Under the pieces are notes generated by a model. It made no database searches, had not been told where the DNA came from, and saw nothing but the letters and a program-made list of their open reading frames with translations. This document shows, piece after piece, positions 10,597-20,626 of a DNA stretch of 64,000 nucleotides; within the stretch, counting starts at the first letter, position 1; the number at the start of each line of letters is the position of its first letter. Position numbers and translations under genes: made by a program. Source of the stretch: Candidatus Bathyarchaeota archaeon (GTDB taxonomy: Archaea; Thermoproteota; Bathyarchaeia; Bathyarchaeales; Bathycorpusculaceae); the NCBI GenBank assembly GCA_963733095.1, contig CAVTBV010000009.1:192001-256000 (forward strand), given 5' to 3'.

Positions 10597-10974
10597 GTGG
10601 TGAATGGATTGGGTAGTATATGGATAGGTGCCTTTGTGGGTTTCTTGGTTGTTTTGGTCCTTGGTTTTCTGTTTCCAGGTCTCGGACACTTAGTGGGCGG
10701 CTTTGTAGGTGGCATTGTAGCCGGATTAATTGCTAGAGGTGCAGGCAGAGGATTACTTGCGGGCTTCTTGGCAGGAGTATTTGGTGGCATAATAATTGCA
10801 GTTCTTGCGATAATAGGATTGGCGATTGCGGGAGGAGTCACTGCGGGAATTGGAGGCGCATTATTCGGCGGCTTAGGCAGCTTAGCAATTGGCTTAGCTG
10901 CGATTGTACTAGCAGCTTTTGCAGCTATAATTTCGGCAATAGGCGGCTTAATCGGCGGAGCAATCGCGCATTAA
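10597..10974 (+). CDS. Gly-rich membrane protein (DUF5518-like)
   Basis: Same pattern as 10136-10504. Confidence 0.75.
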   Translation: MVNGLGSIWIGAFVGFLVVLVLGFLFPGLGHLVGGFVGGIVAGLIARGAGRGLLAGFLAGVFGGIIIAVLAIIGLAIAGGVTAGIGGALFGGLGSLAIGLAAIVLAAFAAIISAIGGLIGGAIAH

Positions 10975-10980
10975 ATGGAT

Positions 10981-12534
10981 TTACCTGTCGAGCATGAACG
11001 TTTTCTCATGTGACGCTTGCTCTGGGATTCTGTCCAGAATCATTTTTTCCTCCGGTTTCTTGCTTAGCACAATCGGTGACAGTTGTCCTGCAAGATCCAA
11101 TGCGGAAGACAATTTGGTTTTTCTCTCTGCATAAATTTCGAATAATACACCATTTTTATGCACGTTGTCGCCTAACTTTGCATGCAAAACAACGCCTGCA
11201 CCCTTCTCTTTGGGTGCTCCAGCTTCACGAGCAATCCGCACGATGTCGTCAGTGCTTAACCAAAGAACTTTACCAGCCTCCTTTGAACGCACCACTATCG
11301 ATTCCGGTCCCACAGGCAAATCTTCAGGCTTAACCGTTGGGTTGCCCCCTTGAGCCACAATGATTTCTCGCATCTTCTTCTCGGCTTTTCCTGAGTTAAT
11401 CATTTCATCGGCCAAGCCGCGCGGGTTTTCAACGCCTACCATTTCAAAGAGCATGCTGGCTAAGCCAACTGCTTTTTCCCGTAAGTCAGGAGGGCCGCCA
11501 CCCATCAGAGTCGTCAACGCTTCCCGCGCTTCTAAAGCTGGTCCGATGCCGCAGCCTAAAGGTTGCTCACCAAAAGTAAGGGCACACTGGATGTTTAATC
11601 CTAAACGTTTCCCCATATCGACAAAATCGGATGCTAAAGAATAGGCTTCTGTTCGGGTTTTGATTTTTGCACCCATGCCTGTTGGGATGTCTATGGCAAC
11701 GTGTGTGGCACCGACGGCTTTTTTCTTGCTCAGAATTGATGGCAAAAGCATTGGGTCAATTCCCAATGGGTATTCGACTTGGATGAAGAGGTCGTCGGCT
11801 GGCGCAAGTTCAAGTGAGCCGCCCCAGACGAGGCATCCGTTGGTTTTTGCCACTACTTCTTTGATTTCTTTTATTGAGAGGTTGACTGGGCAGAGTGTTT
11901 CCATGCGGTCTGCCGTTCCTGCAGGAGATGTGATTGCTCGCGAGGAGGTTTTGGGGATGGTGAATCCGGCAGCTGCAACGATGGGCACGACAAGCATGCT
12001 GGTTTTGTCGCCCGGGATGCCGCCGACACTGTGTTTGTCAAGGATGGGTCCCGATCCGAAATCGAGTGTTTTGCCTGTAGAAATCATTGCCCTAGACAAC
12101 GCTTCGGTTTCGCCTGTGCTAAGTCCATGGATGCTCAGGGCCGTAAGAAACGCGGCGATTTCAACGGTGCTCAAATGCCGCTCAACGACATCCTTTACGA
12201 TGGCGACGAGGTCTTTCTCGCGTAAGCGTTCTCCATGCAGTTTGGCGCGTATGTTGAAGAGAGATTCAGGCAGCGGAGCTAACTGCACATTAACAATTTC
12301 CGCTTCCTTGACCCCGAGTGCAGCAACGGTTTCCCGGTAGAGTCCGATACGGTTTGAGGGAAAATAATCAGCGATGTTAGCAATAGCTATCATTTCTTGG
12401 TTTTTGCAAGTAATTTTTATTCTGTCTGAACTGTGCACGCCCAGCATGTTGGCGGTTTGTTCGCTGAGCAAGGCAATTCTGCTGCCGCCTGTAGCAATCA
12501 TCAAGACTTCAACGCTAAGTTCCATCTGAAACAC
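10981..12534 (-). CDS. AMP phosphorylase
   Basis: DKHSVGGIPGDKT and KTSSRAITSPAGTAD motifs; divergent from RuBisCO. Confidence 0.95.
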   Translation of the reverse strand: MFQMELSVEVLMIATGGSRIALLSEQTANMLGVHSSDRIKITCKNQEMIAIANIADYFPSNRIGLYRETVAALGVKEAEIVNVQLAPLPESLFNIRAKLHGERLREKDLVAIVKDVVERHLSTVEIAAFLTALSIHGLSTGETEALSRAMISTGKTLDFGSGPILDKHSVGGIPGDKTSMLVVPIVAAAGFTIPKTSSRAITSPAGTADRMETLCPVNLSIKEIKEVVAKTNGCLVWGGSLELAPADDLFIQVEYPLGIDPMLLPSILSKKKAVGATHVAIDIPTGMGAKIKTRTEAYSLASDFVDMGKRLGLNIQCALTFGEQPLGCGIGPALEAREALTTLMGGGPPDLREKAVGLASMLFEMVGVENPRGLADEMINSGKAEKKMREIIVAQGGNPTVKPEDLPVGPESIVVRSKEAGKVLWLSTDDIVRIAREAGAPKEKGAGVVLHAKLGDNVHKNGVLFEIYAERKTKLSSALDLAGQLSPIVLSKKPEEKMILDRIPEQASHEKTFMLDR

Positions 12535-12603
12535 TCAGTACCAAGTAGGCTGGGAAATAGTTAAAGATTTTAAGGCAAAGCCAATTGGTCTAGCATACGA
12601 GGA

Positions 12604-13833
12604 TTGCTCTTGAAGTACCTTGACTTTATAGATTTATCTTATGAACCTAAAGAAACTGATTTAGTCTGCACTTTTCATGTTGAGCCTGAAGGTATAAGCC
12701 TGAAAGAGGCGGCGGGCGGGGTAGCAGCGGAAAGCTCTGTTGGAACCTGGACTGAACTAACGACCGAGAAGCCCTACGTCAAACGGTTAGCCGCACGCGT
12801 CTTCAGCATAGAAGGCAGAACGGTCAAAATTGCCTATCCTGTCGAGCTCTTTGAACCAGCCAACATGCCCAACATCCTGAGCAGTGTAGCTGGGAACGTC
12901 TTTGGGCTAAAAGCACTAAAAAACCTGCGTTTGCTTGACATAGAATTTCCAAGACAACTCCTGAGCAACTTTAAAGGTCCCGCTTTTGGCATCTCGGGAA
13001 TCCGTAAACTCCTCAAAATCCCAAAACGCCCCCTCATCGGTACAATCATCAAACCCAAACTCGGATTAGAAACCAAAGACCACGCCAAAGTTGCTTACGA
13101 CGCATGGCTTGGCGGATGCGACGTAGTAAAAGACGACGAAAATCTGAGCAGCCAAAGCTTCAACCCCTTCGAAGAGCGCTTAACACAGACTCTGGAGAGC
13201 CGAGATAAAGCCCAAGAGGAGACGGGTGAACGCAAAGTCTACATGATAAACATCACAGCAGAAACCCAAACAATGCTCAAACGCGCTCAAGCCGTCGTTG
13301 ACCAAGGCGGTGAATACGTCATGGTGGATATCTTGACCTGTGGCTGGTCAGCTTTGCAGACGTTGCGTGACCAAGACTTCAGACTCGTTATCCACGCACA
13401 CCGTGCCGGACACGCAGCCTTCACTAAGAATCAGCTGCACGGCATCGCCATGAAATCAATAGCCAGGGTTGCAAGAATAATTGGAATTGACCAATTGCAT
13501 GTGGGAACGGTTGTTGGCAAAATGTCAGAAACCAGATTCGAAGTAACCGAAAACATCGCTGCCTGCAAATCCGAAATGGGTCTCCTCAAACCCGTTTTGC
13601 CCGTTGCAAGTGGAGGACTGCACCCTCGACTCGTTCCCGCACTCATGGAGACGTTCGGCAGCGACTTTGTTATCCAAGCAGGCGGTGGCATCCACGGCCA
13701 CCCAGAAGGCACTGTCTGTGGCGCCAAAGCCATGCGCCAAGCAGTTGACGCTACCCTTTATGGAAAAACCCTTGAAGAATACGCCAAAACTCATCAAGAA
13801 CTCGCCTCAGCCCTAAAACAATGGAAATCCTAG
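12604..13833 (+). CDS. rbcL: form III ribulose-1,5-bisphosphate carboxylase
   Basis: AAESSVGTW, GTIIKPKLG, KDDEN, HAHRAGH, SGG and GGGIHGH catalytic motifs. Confidence 0.95.
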   Translation: MLLKYLDFIDLSYEPKETDLVCTFHVEPEGISLKEAAGGVAAESSVGTWTELTTEKPYVKRLAARVFSIEGRTVKIAYPVELFEPANMPNILSSVAGNVFGLKALKNLRLLDIEFPRQLLSNFKGPAFGISGIRKLLKIPKRPLIGTIIKPKLGLETKDHAKVAYDAWLGGCDVVKDDENLSSQSFNPFEERLTQTLESRDKAQEETGERKVYMINITAETQTMLKRAQAVVDQGGEYVMVDILTCGWSALQTLRDQDFRLVIHAHRAGHAAFTKNQLHGIAMKSIARVARIIGIDQLHVGTVVGKMSETRFEVTENIAACKSEMGLLKPVLPVASGGLHPRLVPALMETFGSDFVIQAGGGIHGHPEGTVCGAKAMRQAVDATLYGKTLEEYAKTHQELASALKQWKS

Positions 13834-14068
13834 CAAGCTCTCAACACACAGTTTAAGTCAAAAACTACGGTTTTTTTGCTGTTTTTCTTAATGCCTCTGG
13901 TGTCTGACCCGCCGTTTTAGCCATTATTGGGTAAAATTGGCTGTTTTTTTAGTTGTCAGTACCCTCTTTCCAATCATGAATATAAAGGATTGATGTGATA
14001 AAACCTGCGATTAGGCAAATCATTGTTTTAACAGAACATACTTTGCCTAATAAAACAAAAAAGAAAAA

Positions 14069-16630
14069 ATGCTAAGAGGAAAGGAAATGAATTCAAAGAA
14101 AATATTTGCAATTCTAATAATTGCAGCATTCATTGCATCAGCAATGACAGTTATGTCAACCACACAAGTTGAAGCACAAACGACTCCCACATTGAAAACC
14201 TACCCCATCATCGACGCCATACCCAACCCAATAGGTGTTGGACAAGTAACACTGTTAAAAACTGGAATTCTGCAGCAAATTGCCGGTTCTCTCAACGGTT
14301 GGACTGGTATAACCATAACCGTAACCAAACCAGACGGCACAAAAGAAACACTTGGACCATTCAAAACAGACTCCACAGGATCAACCTTCACATCGTACAC
14401 ACCTGACCAAATCGGTACATACATGTTAACGACAAACTTCCCCGAACAAACCAATCCAGTCACTTTCTATAACAATGAAGGCGGTAACACAATTGAAGCA
14501 GGCACAATAATGCTTGCAAGCACCGCAACAATTAACATGACCGTACAACAAGATCCTTTGCCATTCTACCCAGGTCACGCTCTTCCAACAGAATACTGGA
14601 ACCGCCCAATCGACCCACAATTAAGAGAATGGTACTCCATCTCAGGCAACTGGGTACAGAGACCAGACAACTCACTAGCACTCTACAACGACGATGCACC
14701 AGAAACCGCACACGTACTATGGGCACACCCAATAACTACCGGAGGCTTAATGGGCGGTCTATGGGGCGACGGACAAGTTCCATCAAGCGCTGAAGCAGGC
14801 GACGCATATGAAGGCAAATTCCCCGGATCAGTGATACTCAACGGAATACTCTACTACCAAAGAACAGATACCCGAAGAGAAACTGCACCAGCAATCATCG
14901 CAGTTGATCTACACACTGGCGAAGAATGGATGTTCAAGAACAACACAGTCCTATCATTTGGTCAAATCTTCTACTTCAACAGCTACAACTATGACGGCAC
15001 ATTCTCATACATCTGGTCAGTATCTGGTAGCACCTACACTGCGTACGACCCATTCACTGGCAACCAACAAATACAAATAACCAATGTTCCATCAGGCACA
15101 CGCTTCTTTGGACCTAGCGGCGAAATTTTGATTCTACAAATCGATTATAACCGCGGCTGGATGGCACTATGGAACGAAACCGACTGTGGACTACAGAATG
15201 CAGTTATCGGCACACCTGACTACGGCAGCTGGGGTAACACAGCCCATGGGAACGCTTTAGGACCCGGATTGAATGGAACTAACCCACGATGCTACACATG
15301 GAACGTAACAATCCCGCGGGGCTTAGGTGCCACTAGCGGAATTGGCGGAGCAGCACTGAAAATCTACGTTGAAGACAGAATAGTTGGCATGATGTTCAAC
15401 CGAACAAACGTCAACATCTGGTCACTTGACATCTCACCAGGGCATGAAGGCGCAGTCATATTCAACAAGAACTGGACACCACCATCAGAATGGAATGAAG
15501 GCTCCAACACCTTAGCTTACACCGGCGCAACCAACTACGTTAAAGATGACACATATGGAAACGGCGTAATCGCAATATGGGACAAAGAAATAACAACACA
15601 CTACGGATTTAGCGTACAAACCGGAGATTTCCTATGGCAAACAGGCGGTGAAATCTACTTAGACTCTTACGGCTGGGGCAACGCAGAACACACATGGTAC
15701 TTTGCATACGGCAAACTCTACTCTGTCGGCGTCGGAGGCATACTATACGCTTACGATTTAGCCACAGGCAAAACCGACTGGACATACACTCTCTCAGACC
15801 CATACAAAGAACCAGTCACAGGCGAAAACTGGTGGGGCTGGATCGACCTAATCACTGACGGCAAAATCTACATCGGCACACTCGAACACTCTGCAGAACA
15901 GCCAGTACCAAGAGGCGGACCATACGCAGCAATAAACGCAACCGACGGCAGTGTCATCTGGCGTGTTAACGGCATGTTCCGTGAAACCCGCTGGGGTGGT
16001 AACGGAATCATCGGCGACAGCATCATAGCTACCATGGACACCTACGACCAACAAGTCTGGGCAATCGGCAAAGGACCAACAGCAGTTACAATGTCCGCTT
16101 CACCAAAAGTTTCAGTGCAAGGCAGCAGCGTCCTAATTGAAGGAAGCATAACTGATACATCACCAGGAACAAACGACTACACAATGAAGGCTCGATTCCC
16201 CGACGGCGTCCCTGCAGTCTCTGACGAAAGCCAGAGCGAATGGATGCTGTACGTCTACAAGCAATTCGAAAAACCAACCAACGCAACCGGAGTTGCACTA
16301 TCAGTAGATGTCATTGACGCAAACGGCAACCTAAGAAACATCGGCACAACCACAAGCGACTCCACCGGCGCATATAGCCTCAGCTGGATGCCAGACATTC
16401 CAGGAAAATACACGGTCCTTGTTAACTTTGCTGGTTCAAAAGCTTACTGGGGTTCATCTGCTGAAAGCGCATTCGTAGTTGACGCAGCACCCGAAGCAAC
16501 AGCGGCACCCGATGTCTCGCAATCAAATTCCGCAGCTGATCTGTACTTTGTACCAGCGGTCATTGGCTTATTGATAGCCATAGTGGCTGTTGGTTTAATG
16601 ACAGTACTATTGCTTAGGAAACGACCATAA
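14069..16630 (+). CDS. secreted PQQ-like beta-propeller surface protein with C-terminal membrane anchor
   Basis: Signal peptide; repeated A.D..TG...W motifs; C-terminal TM followed by RKRP. Confidence 0.85.
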   Translation: MLRGKEMNSKKIFAILIIAAFIASAMTVMSTTQVEAQTTPTLKTYPIIDAIPNPIGVGQVTLLKTGILQQIAGSLNGWTGITITVTKPDGTKETLGPFKTDSTGSTFTSYTPDQIGTYMLTTNFPEQTNPVTFYNNEGGNTIEAGTIMLASTATINMTVQQDPLPFYPGHALPTEYWNRPIDPQLREWYSISGNWVQRPDNSLALYNDDAPETAHVLWAHPITTGGLMGGLWGDGQVPSSAEAGDAYEGKFPGSVILNGILYYQRTDTRRETAPAIIAVDLHTGEEWMFKNNTVLSFGQIFYFNSYNYDGTFSYIWSVSGSTYTAYDPFTGNQQIQITNVPSGTRFFGPSGEILILQIDYNRGWMALWNETDCGLQNAVIGTPDYGSWGNTAHGNALGPGLNGTNPRCYTWNVTIPRGLGATSGIGGAALKIYVEDRIVGMMFNRTNVNIWSLDISPGHEGAVIFNKNWTPPSEWNEGSNTLAYTGATNYVKDDTYGNGVIAIWDKEITTHYGFSVQTGDFLWQTGGEIYLDSYGWGNAEHTWYFAYGKLYSVGVGGILYAYDLATGKTDWTYTLSDPYKEPVTGENWWGWIDLITDGKIYIGTLEHSAEQPVPRGGPYAAINATDGSVIWRVNGMFRETRWGGNGIIGDSIIATMDTYDQQVWAIGKGPTAVTMSASPKVSVQGSSVLIEGSITDTSPGTNDYTMKARFPDGVPAVSDESQSEWMLYVYKQFEKPTNATGVALSVDVIDANGNLRNIGTTTSDSTGAYSLSWMPDIPGKYTVLVNFAGSKAYWGSSAESAFVVDAAPEATAAPDVSQSNSAADLYFVPAVIGLLIAIVAVGLMTVLLLRKRP

Positions 16631-16723
16631 AATCGATAAAGACAAAAAATAATCTCCCTTTTTATTTTTTTCAACTTTTCAATTAAATGAAAATAGCAAC
16701 GTTTTACAGGTTATTGCGAACAG

Positions 16724-17650
16724 TTAGAAAACCCATGGATATCTTAGACGCATTACTTCAACGATGGATTGAGGTGCGATTATGCCTTCTTCGCATATTA
16801 AGCCGTGGATGTAGCGGTTCGGGGTGACATCGAAAGCAGGGTTGCAAACGTTTAGCTTTGCAGGTGCTTCACTCCAAACTTCTGCTGGGTTTCGTTGTTC
16901 AATCTTTTCGCATTCACCTTGAAGGGTTGCTGGGTCGAATTTTAGCAGTTCCGAAACCACGTAGAAGGGCACTCGGGCTTCATGGGATAAGACCGCTATA
17001 CCGCTTGACCCAATCTTGTTAACCACATTGCCCTCTGAAGTAATTGCGTCAGCTCCCACGATTACAATATCAACCTCTCCCATGAAAGTCCGCGCGGCAG
17101 AGTCAACAATAAAAGTGGTTTCGATGCCTAGCTCGACAAGTTCTTTGGCAGTTATTCTTCCCTGAAACGCTGGGCGCGTCTCGGTGCATATTACCTTAAA
17201 GTTTTTGCCACCTGCCTTGGCTTTGGCTAGCAGGCGAGTTACGGTTGAGGAGTGGCAATGAGTTAAAACTATGGAGCCATTACGGATTCGTTTGGCTCCA
17301 ATTTCCGCTATATGCTCTTTTGACGTCTCTAAATCTTTGAGGAATTGGTTTGCGCTTGCAACTAAGTTTTGGTTTAGTGTCTTAACTTTCTCAGTTTCGG
17401 CGGCTTGGGCTTGGGTGATTAGCCAGCGGATGGCGTTGCTCATCAATGGCTCAGTTTCTCTTGAGGCGGCGAAGATAGTTTGGGCTTCTTTGAGTTCCTC
17501 AATGAATTGGGTTTTGGTTTTTGCTTTTGTATGTTCTGCTTGAGTTTGAATGGCTTTGATGGCAGCTATGGCGACGTTTCTGGCGCCTTGAACTTGGAGT
17601 TTTCGGATTTTTTCGGCTGTTGCGTGGATTGTTACGGCCATGATTCTCAA
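16724..17650 (-). CDS. ribose-1,5-bisphosphate isomerase (eIF2B-like family)
   Basis: VQGA, THCHSS, ETRP, VGADA, NKIG and NPAFDVTP motifs; clustered with AMP phosphorylase and RuBisCO. Confidence 0.9.
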   Translation of the reverse strand: MRIMAVTIHATAEKIRKLQVQGARNVAIAAIKAIQTQAEHTKAKTKTQFIEELKEAQTIFAASRETEPLMSNAIRWLITQAQAAETEKVKTLNQNLVASANQFLKDLETSKEHIAEIGAKRIRNGSIVLTHCHSSTVTRLLAKAKAGGKNFKVICTETRPAFQGRITAKELVELGIETTFIVDSAARTFMGEVDIVIVGADAITSEGNVVNKIGSSGIAVLSHEARVPFYVVSELLKFDPATLQGECEKIEQRNPAEVWSEAPAKLNVCNPAFDVTPNRYIHGLICEEGIIAPQSIVEVMRLRYPWVF

Positions 17651-17723
17651 CCTAAGCGTACATGTTTTCCAGTTTTAGTTTATTTGTGGAGAAGCATATA
17701 AGCAAAACCATAACAAAGGGTTA

Positions 17724-18872
17724 ATGAGCATTATGTTGCCTGACGAAGATAGCATCAACAGTATTCTGAGACCGTACATTCAGCCTTGGTATGACTCAAT
17801 AGAGAACCCGCAGAAGGCGCAGGAGCATGTGCTGGCTGATTTGGTGGTGAAATACGGTGCCACAGATTATGGCACAAGCCACAACGCTTCTCAAGTCAAA
17901 GGCATATTGGATTTCCGGGCTAATTTTCCCATAATCGACTATTCAAAGATTATTCCATACCTCGTTCAGGTAAAAGAGAAAAACTACAAGACGTTTTTAT
18001 CTGAACAACCCCAAACTTGGGTTATGACCCGAGGCTCGACAGGAACATCTAAAGTCCTTCCAGCAACCCAAACACACCTAAAACAAATCTACAGTTGCGG
18101 CGCACGCGGACTCATAAACTACGCTGTACAAAAAAAGAATTATGAGGTTTTTTTGGGCGTTATTTTGAACTTGAATTTTCCCTCCAACGTCCACACTATG
18201 TGTGTCAAAGGGAAACAAGTAACTTACGGGTACAGTTCAGGTACCTATGCACGTCTTAACCCGATGTTTGACAGGGTAAGCCTTCTGCCTCGCCAAGAAG
18301 AAATCGACGCATTAGGCAGCGGCGTTAGTAGAAAAGATTGGGAAAAACGCTTTGACCTCGCCTACCAGATGGCGCTAAACCAAAACGTAACCGCCGCCAT
18401 GGGTGTAACCCCAGTAATCCTTTCTTTCGCCCGATACGTTAGACGTAAATATGGAAAAAAGCCTGTCGATATATGGAAAACCCAAGCATTATTCTGTACC
18501 AGCGTACCCAAAATCCAATTCAAGTACGGGCCAATTCTCAAACGGTACTTCGGCGATGTACCTATCGTTGAGATGTATACTGCCACAGAAGGCGTCTTTG
18601 GACAGCAATTAGACGATTACCCATACATAACCCCAAACTACGACACCTACCTCTTTGAAGTTGCCACAGGCAAAAGAGTTAAAATGTTGCATGAACTCAA
18701 ACGTGGCGAATGGGGCAGACTAATCGTTTCCACATGCATGTTCCCACGCTATGACATCGGAGACCTGATTGAAGCGGCAGGCAAAAACCATTACCGGGTA
18801 TTTGGAAGAAAGAAAACCCTAACACTTCTTGAACATAGGCTCTACCGGTCGTTTTTAGGCTGGATGCTTTAG
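17724..18872 (+). CDS. GH3-family acyl-adenylate-forming protein
   Basis: TRGSTGTSK loop, Y.ATEG and RYDIGD motifs. Confidence 0.8.
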   Translation: MSIMLPDEDSINSILRPYIQPWYDSIENPQKAQEHVLADLVVKYGATDYGTSHNASQVKGILDFRANFPIIDYSKIIPYLVQVKEKNYKTFLSEQPQTWVMTRGSTGTSKVLPATQTHLKQIYSCGARGLINYAVQKKNYEVFLGVILNLNFPSNVHTMCVKGKQVTYGYSSGTYARLNPMFDRVSLLPRQEEIDALGSGVSRKDWEKRFDLAYQMALNQNVTAAMGVTPVILSFARYVRRKYGKKPVDIWKTQALFCTSVPKIQFKYGPILKRYFGDVPIVEMYTATEGVFGQQLDDYPYITPNYDTYLFEVATGKRVKMLHELKRGEWGRLIVSTCMFPRYDIGDLIEAAGKNHYRVFGRKKTLTLLEHRLYRSFLGWML

Positions 18873-19285
18873 ACTGGTTGTGGCGAGCGTCTTCGTGCAA
18901 CCATGGCAACGTAAATGGCGCCGACGATGATGATTATGCCGATTATTAGCAGCATTATCGCCCAGCTTTGTCCAGGATCCGTGAAATAGTTACTTAATTG
19001 TAGTACGGCGAACAAGCCCAGCGTGATGAGGATTAAACCACCTATCAAATAGCCGATAAAGCCCGATTCGCCCTTTTCTTGCTTTTCGGTTCTTTGAGGA
19101 TGCTCATTTTTTTCTTGCTTTTCTTGTTTCTCGTTTTTTTCTGATTTTTCGTTTCTCCCATAATAGGGTTGCGCAGGCGGTGGTGCAGGTTGACCAGCCG
19201 AAACAGCCTTCAATGATGCTCCGCAGCGAGGGCAGAAAGCCATCGTGTCTTCAACTTTATTGCCGCATTTTGGACAATACGACAT
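18869..19285 (-). CDS. zinc-ribbon membrane protein
   Basis: CPKCG...FCPRCG, EK-rich repeat linker, two TM helices. Confidence 0.85.
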   Translation of the reverse strand: MSYCPKCGNKVEDTMAFCPRCGASLKAVSAGQPAPPPAQPYYGRNEKSEKNEKQEKQEKNEHPQRTEKQEKGESGFIGYLIGGLILITLGLFAVLQLSNYFTDPGQSWAIMLLIIGIIIIVGAIYVAMVARRRSPQPV

Positions 19286-19360
19286 GAATTCCCATCCAAT
19301 TATCCTTTATCAGGTCTTGATATTTAAAACATGCACTTCCTCCTCTAAAGAGAAAGATAT

Positions 19361-19894
19361 ATGTTCCAACTAATGCATTTTCGAATGGTGAAAAACTCTT
19401 TGAAGATTACCTTGAGCCTGCAGGGATTATCAGAAAAGAAACAAGAAAACCTGTTAACGGCTATTTATGTTGGGGGATTCTTCATAATTTTAGCTTTAAT
19501 TTATTCTATTAATCCTGGTCTTTGGGATAATTTGGTAAATTTTTTCTCATCTCTCACTCTTGCACCGGTTCCCGCCACAGGTATTTCCTTGCCTGCCCCT
19601 GCAAACCCAGCCAATTACACAAGCCTCTATTTGGCTGGATTTCAACTTGCCCTAGCCATAGGCATCTTAGAAATTGTAATTCTATTCCTCAGAGTTGGAT
19701 TGCATTCGTCTGTGACGCGTAAGGCTGAAACCATCGAAAACATCGTTTTCTGGCTCGGCTCAAGCTATCTGATAATCTCTTACCTGGTTAACATGACTAT
19801 TTCGAGCGAGTGGTTTGTTTTCTGGGCTGGAATAATTCTAGTCTTCGGGTTGGCTTTGGTTGCCCGGGCATTTGTGTTATTAGCTAAAAAGTAG
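19361..19894 (+). CDS. hypothetical membrane protein
   Basis: Four hydrophobic segments; start position uncertain. Confidence 0.65.
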   Translation: MFQLMHFRMVKNSLKITLSLQGLSEKKQENLLTAIYVGGFFIILALIYSINPGLWDNLVNFFSSLTLAPVPATGISLPAPANPANYTSLYLAGFQLALAIGILEIVILFLRVGLHSSVTRKAETIENIVFWLGSSYLIISYLVNMTISSEWFVFWAGIILVFGLALVARAFVLLAKK

Positions 19895-20626
19895 CTACTG
19901 TTTTTTTATTTTCAGTTTCCACCAAAGCGACATTATTTGTCTAAACATGTTCCAGGAATCTTTGAGCAAGTTAACTTTGGTGTCTCTGCCGCTTTTCCAT
20001 TCCACCGCAATCTCTTTTATCTTAAACCCTGCAAAGTGAGCTCTAACGAGGATTTCGGTGTCCCAAAACCAATGAGTCGCCTCAACATTATCGATTAAGC
20101 CCATCAAGGGTTCTCTCTTGAAAGCTTTGAAGCCACACTGGTGATCATGAAGTTCAGAGCCAAGCATATGCCTGACCAGAAAATTATATGTTTTTGAGCT
20201 TATTCCCCTGCTGAAGGTGCGTTTAGCCTTGCTTTCAGCCAGCATTCTAGATCCAGTCGAAAAATCGTAATTTTCAACCTCGATAGCTTCAACAAGAGGT
20301 TTTAGGTACTTGAGGTCTGTGGCTAAGTCTAAATCCATGTACGCTAAAACCTCGCCGTTGCTATGCTTAAATGCGTTGTTGAGCGCTGTTCCTCTTCCAA
20401 GTCGCTTTTCACGGTGAATATGCCTGACATGTGGGGTTTTTTGTGCGAGTTCTTCGGCGCGTTCAGCGGTGCCGTCGGTGCTGCCGTCTTCAGCGATTAT
20501 GACCTCGTAGGATTGGGTGAACTGGCTTAGGGTCTGGATAGTTTTCTCTACAGCTGGCTGGAGGTTGTCGACTTCGTTGTAGGCTGGAAGTACTACTGAA
20601 ATCTGGACTTGTTTTGTCGCTGCCAT
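19895..20626 (-). CDS. GT2 glycosyltransferase, dolichol-phosphate mannosyl/glucosyltransferase-like
   Basis: PAYNE, EDGSTDGT, DLD, D.QCGFK and DTE motifs; its ATG overlaps the upstream stop. Confidence 0.9.
   Translation of the reverse strand: MAATKQVQISVVLPAYNEVDNLQPAVEKTIQTLSQFTQSYEVIIAEDGSTDGTAERAEELAQKTPHVRHIHREKRLGRGTALNNAFKHSNGEVLAYMDLDLATDLKYLKPLVEAIEVENYDFSTGSRMLAESKAKRTFSRGISSKTYNFLVRHMLGSELHDHQCGFKAFKREPLMGLIDNVEATHWFWDTEILVRAHFAGFKIKEIAVEWKSGRDTKVNLLKDSWNMFRQIMSLWWKLKIKKQ

Noticed and set aside
10136-10974. Tandem Gly-rich membrane paralogs as a novel system
   Set aside because: Simple duplication of a common small archaeal membrane family with no further signal
11660-12340. 226-aa + strand ORF
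   Set aside because: Antisense shadow of AMP phosphorylase
12604-13833. Calvin-cycle carbon fixation
   Set aside because: The context (AMP phosphorylase, R15P isomerase, no PRK in the window) indicates nucleotide salvage
19080-19160. DNA repeat
   Set aside because: Low-complexity EK-rich coding linker of the zinc-ribbon protein
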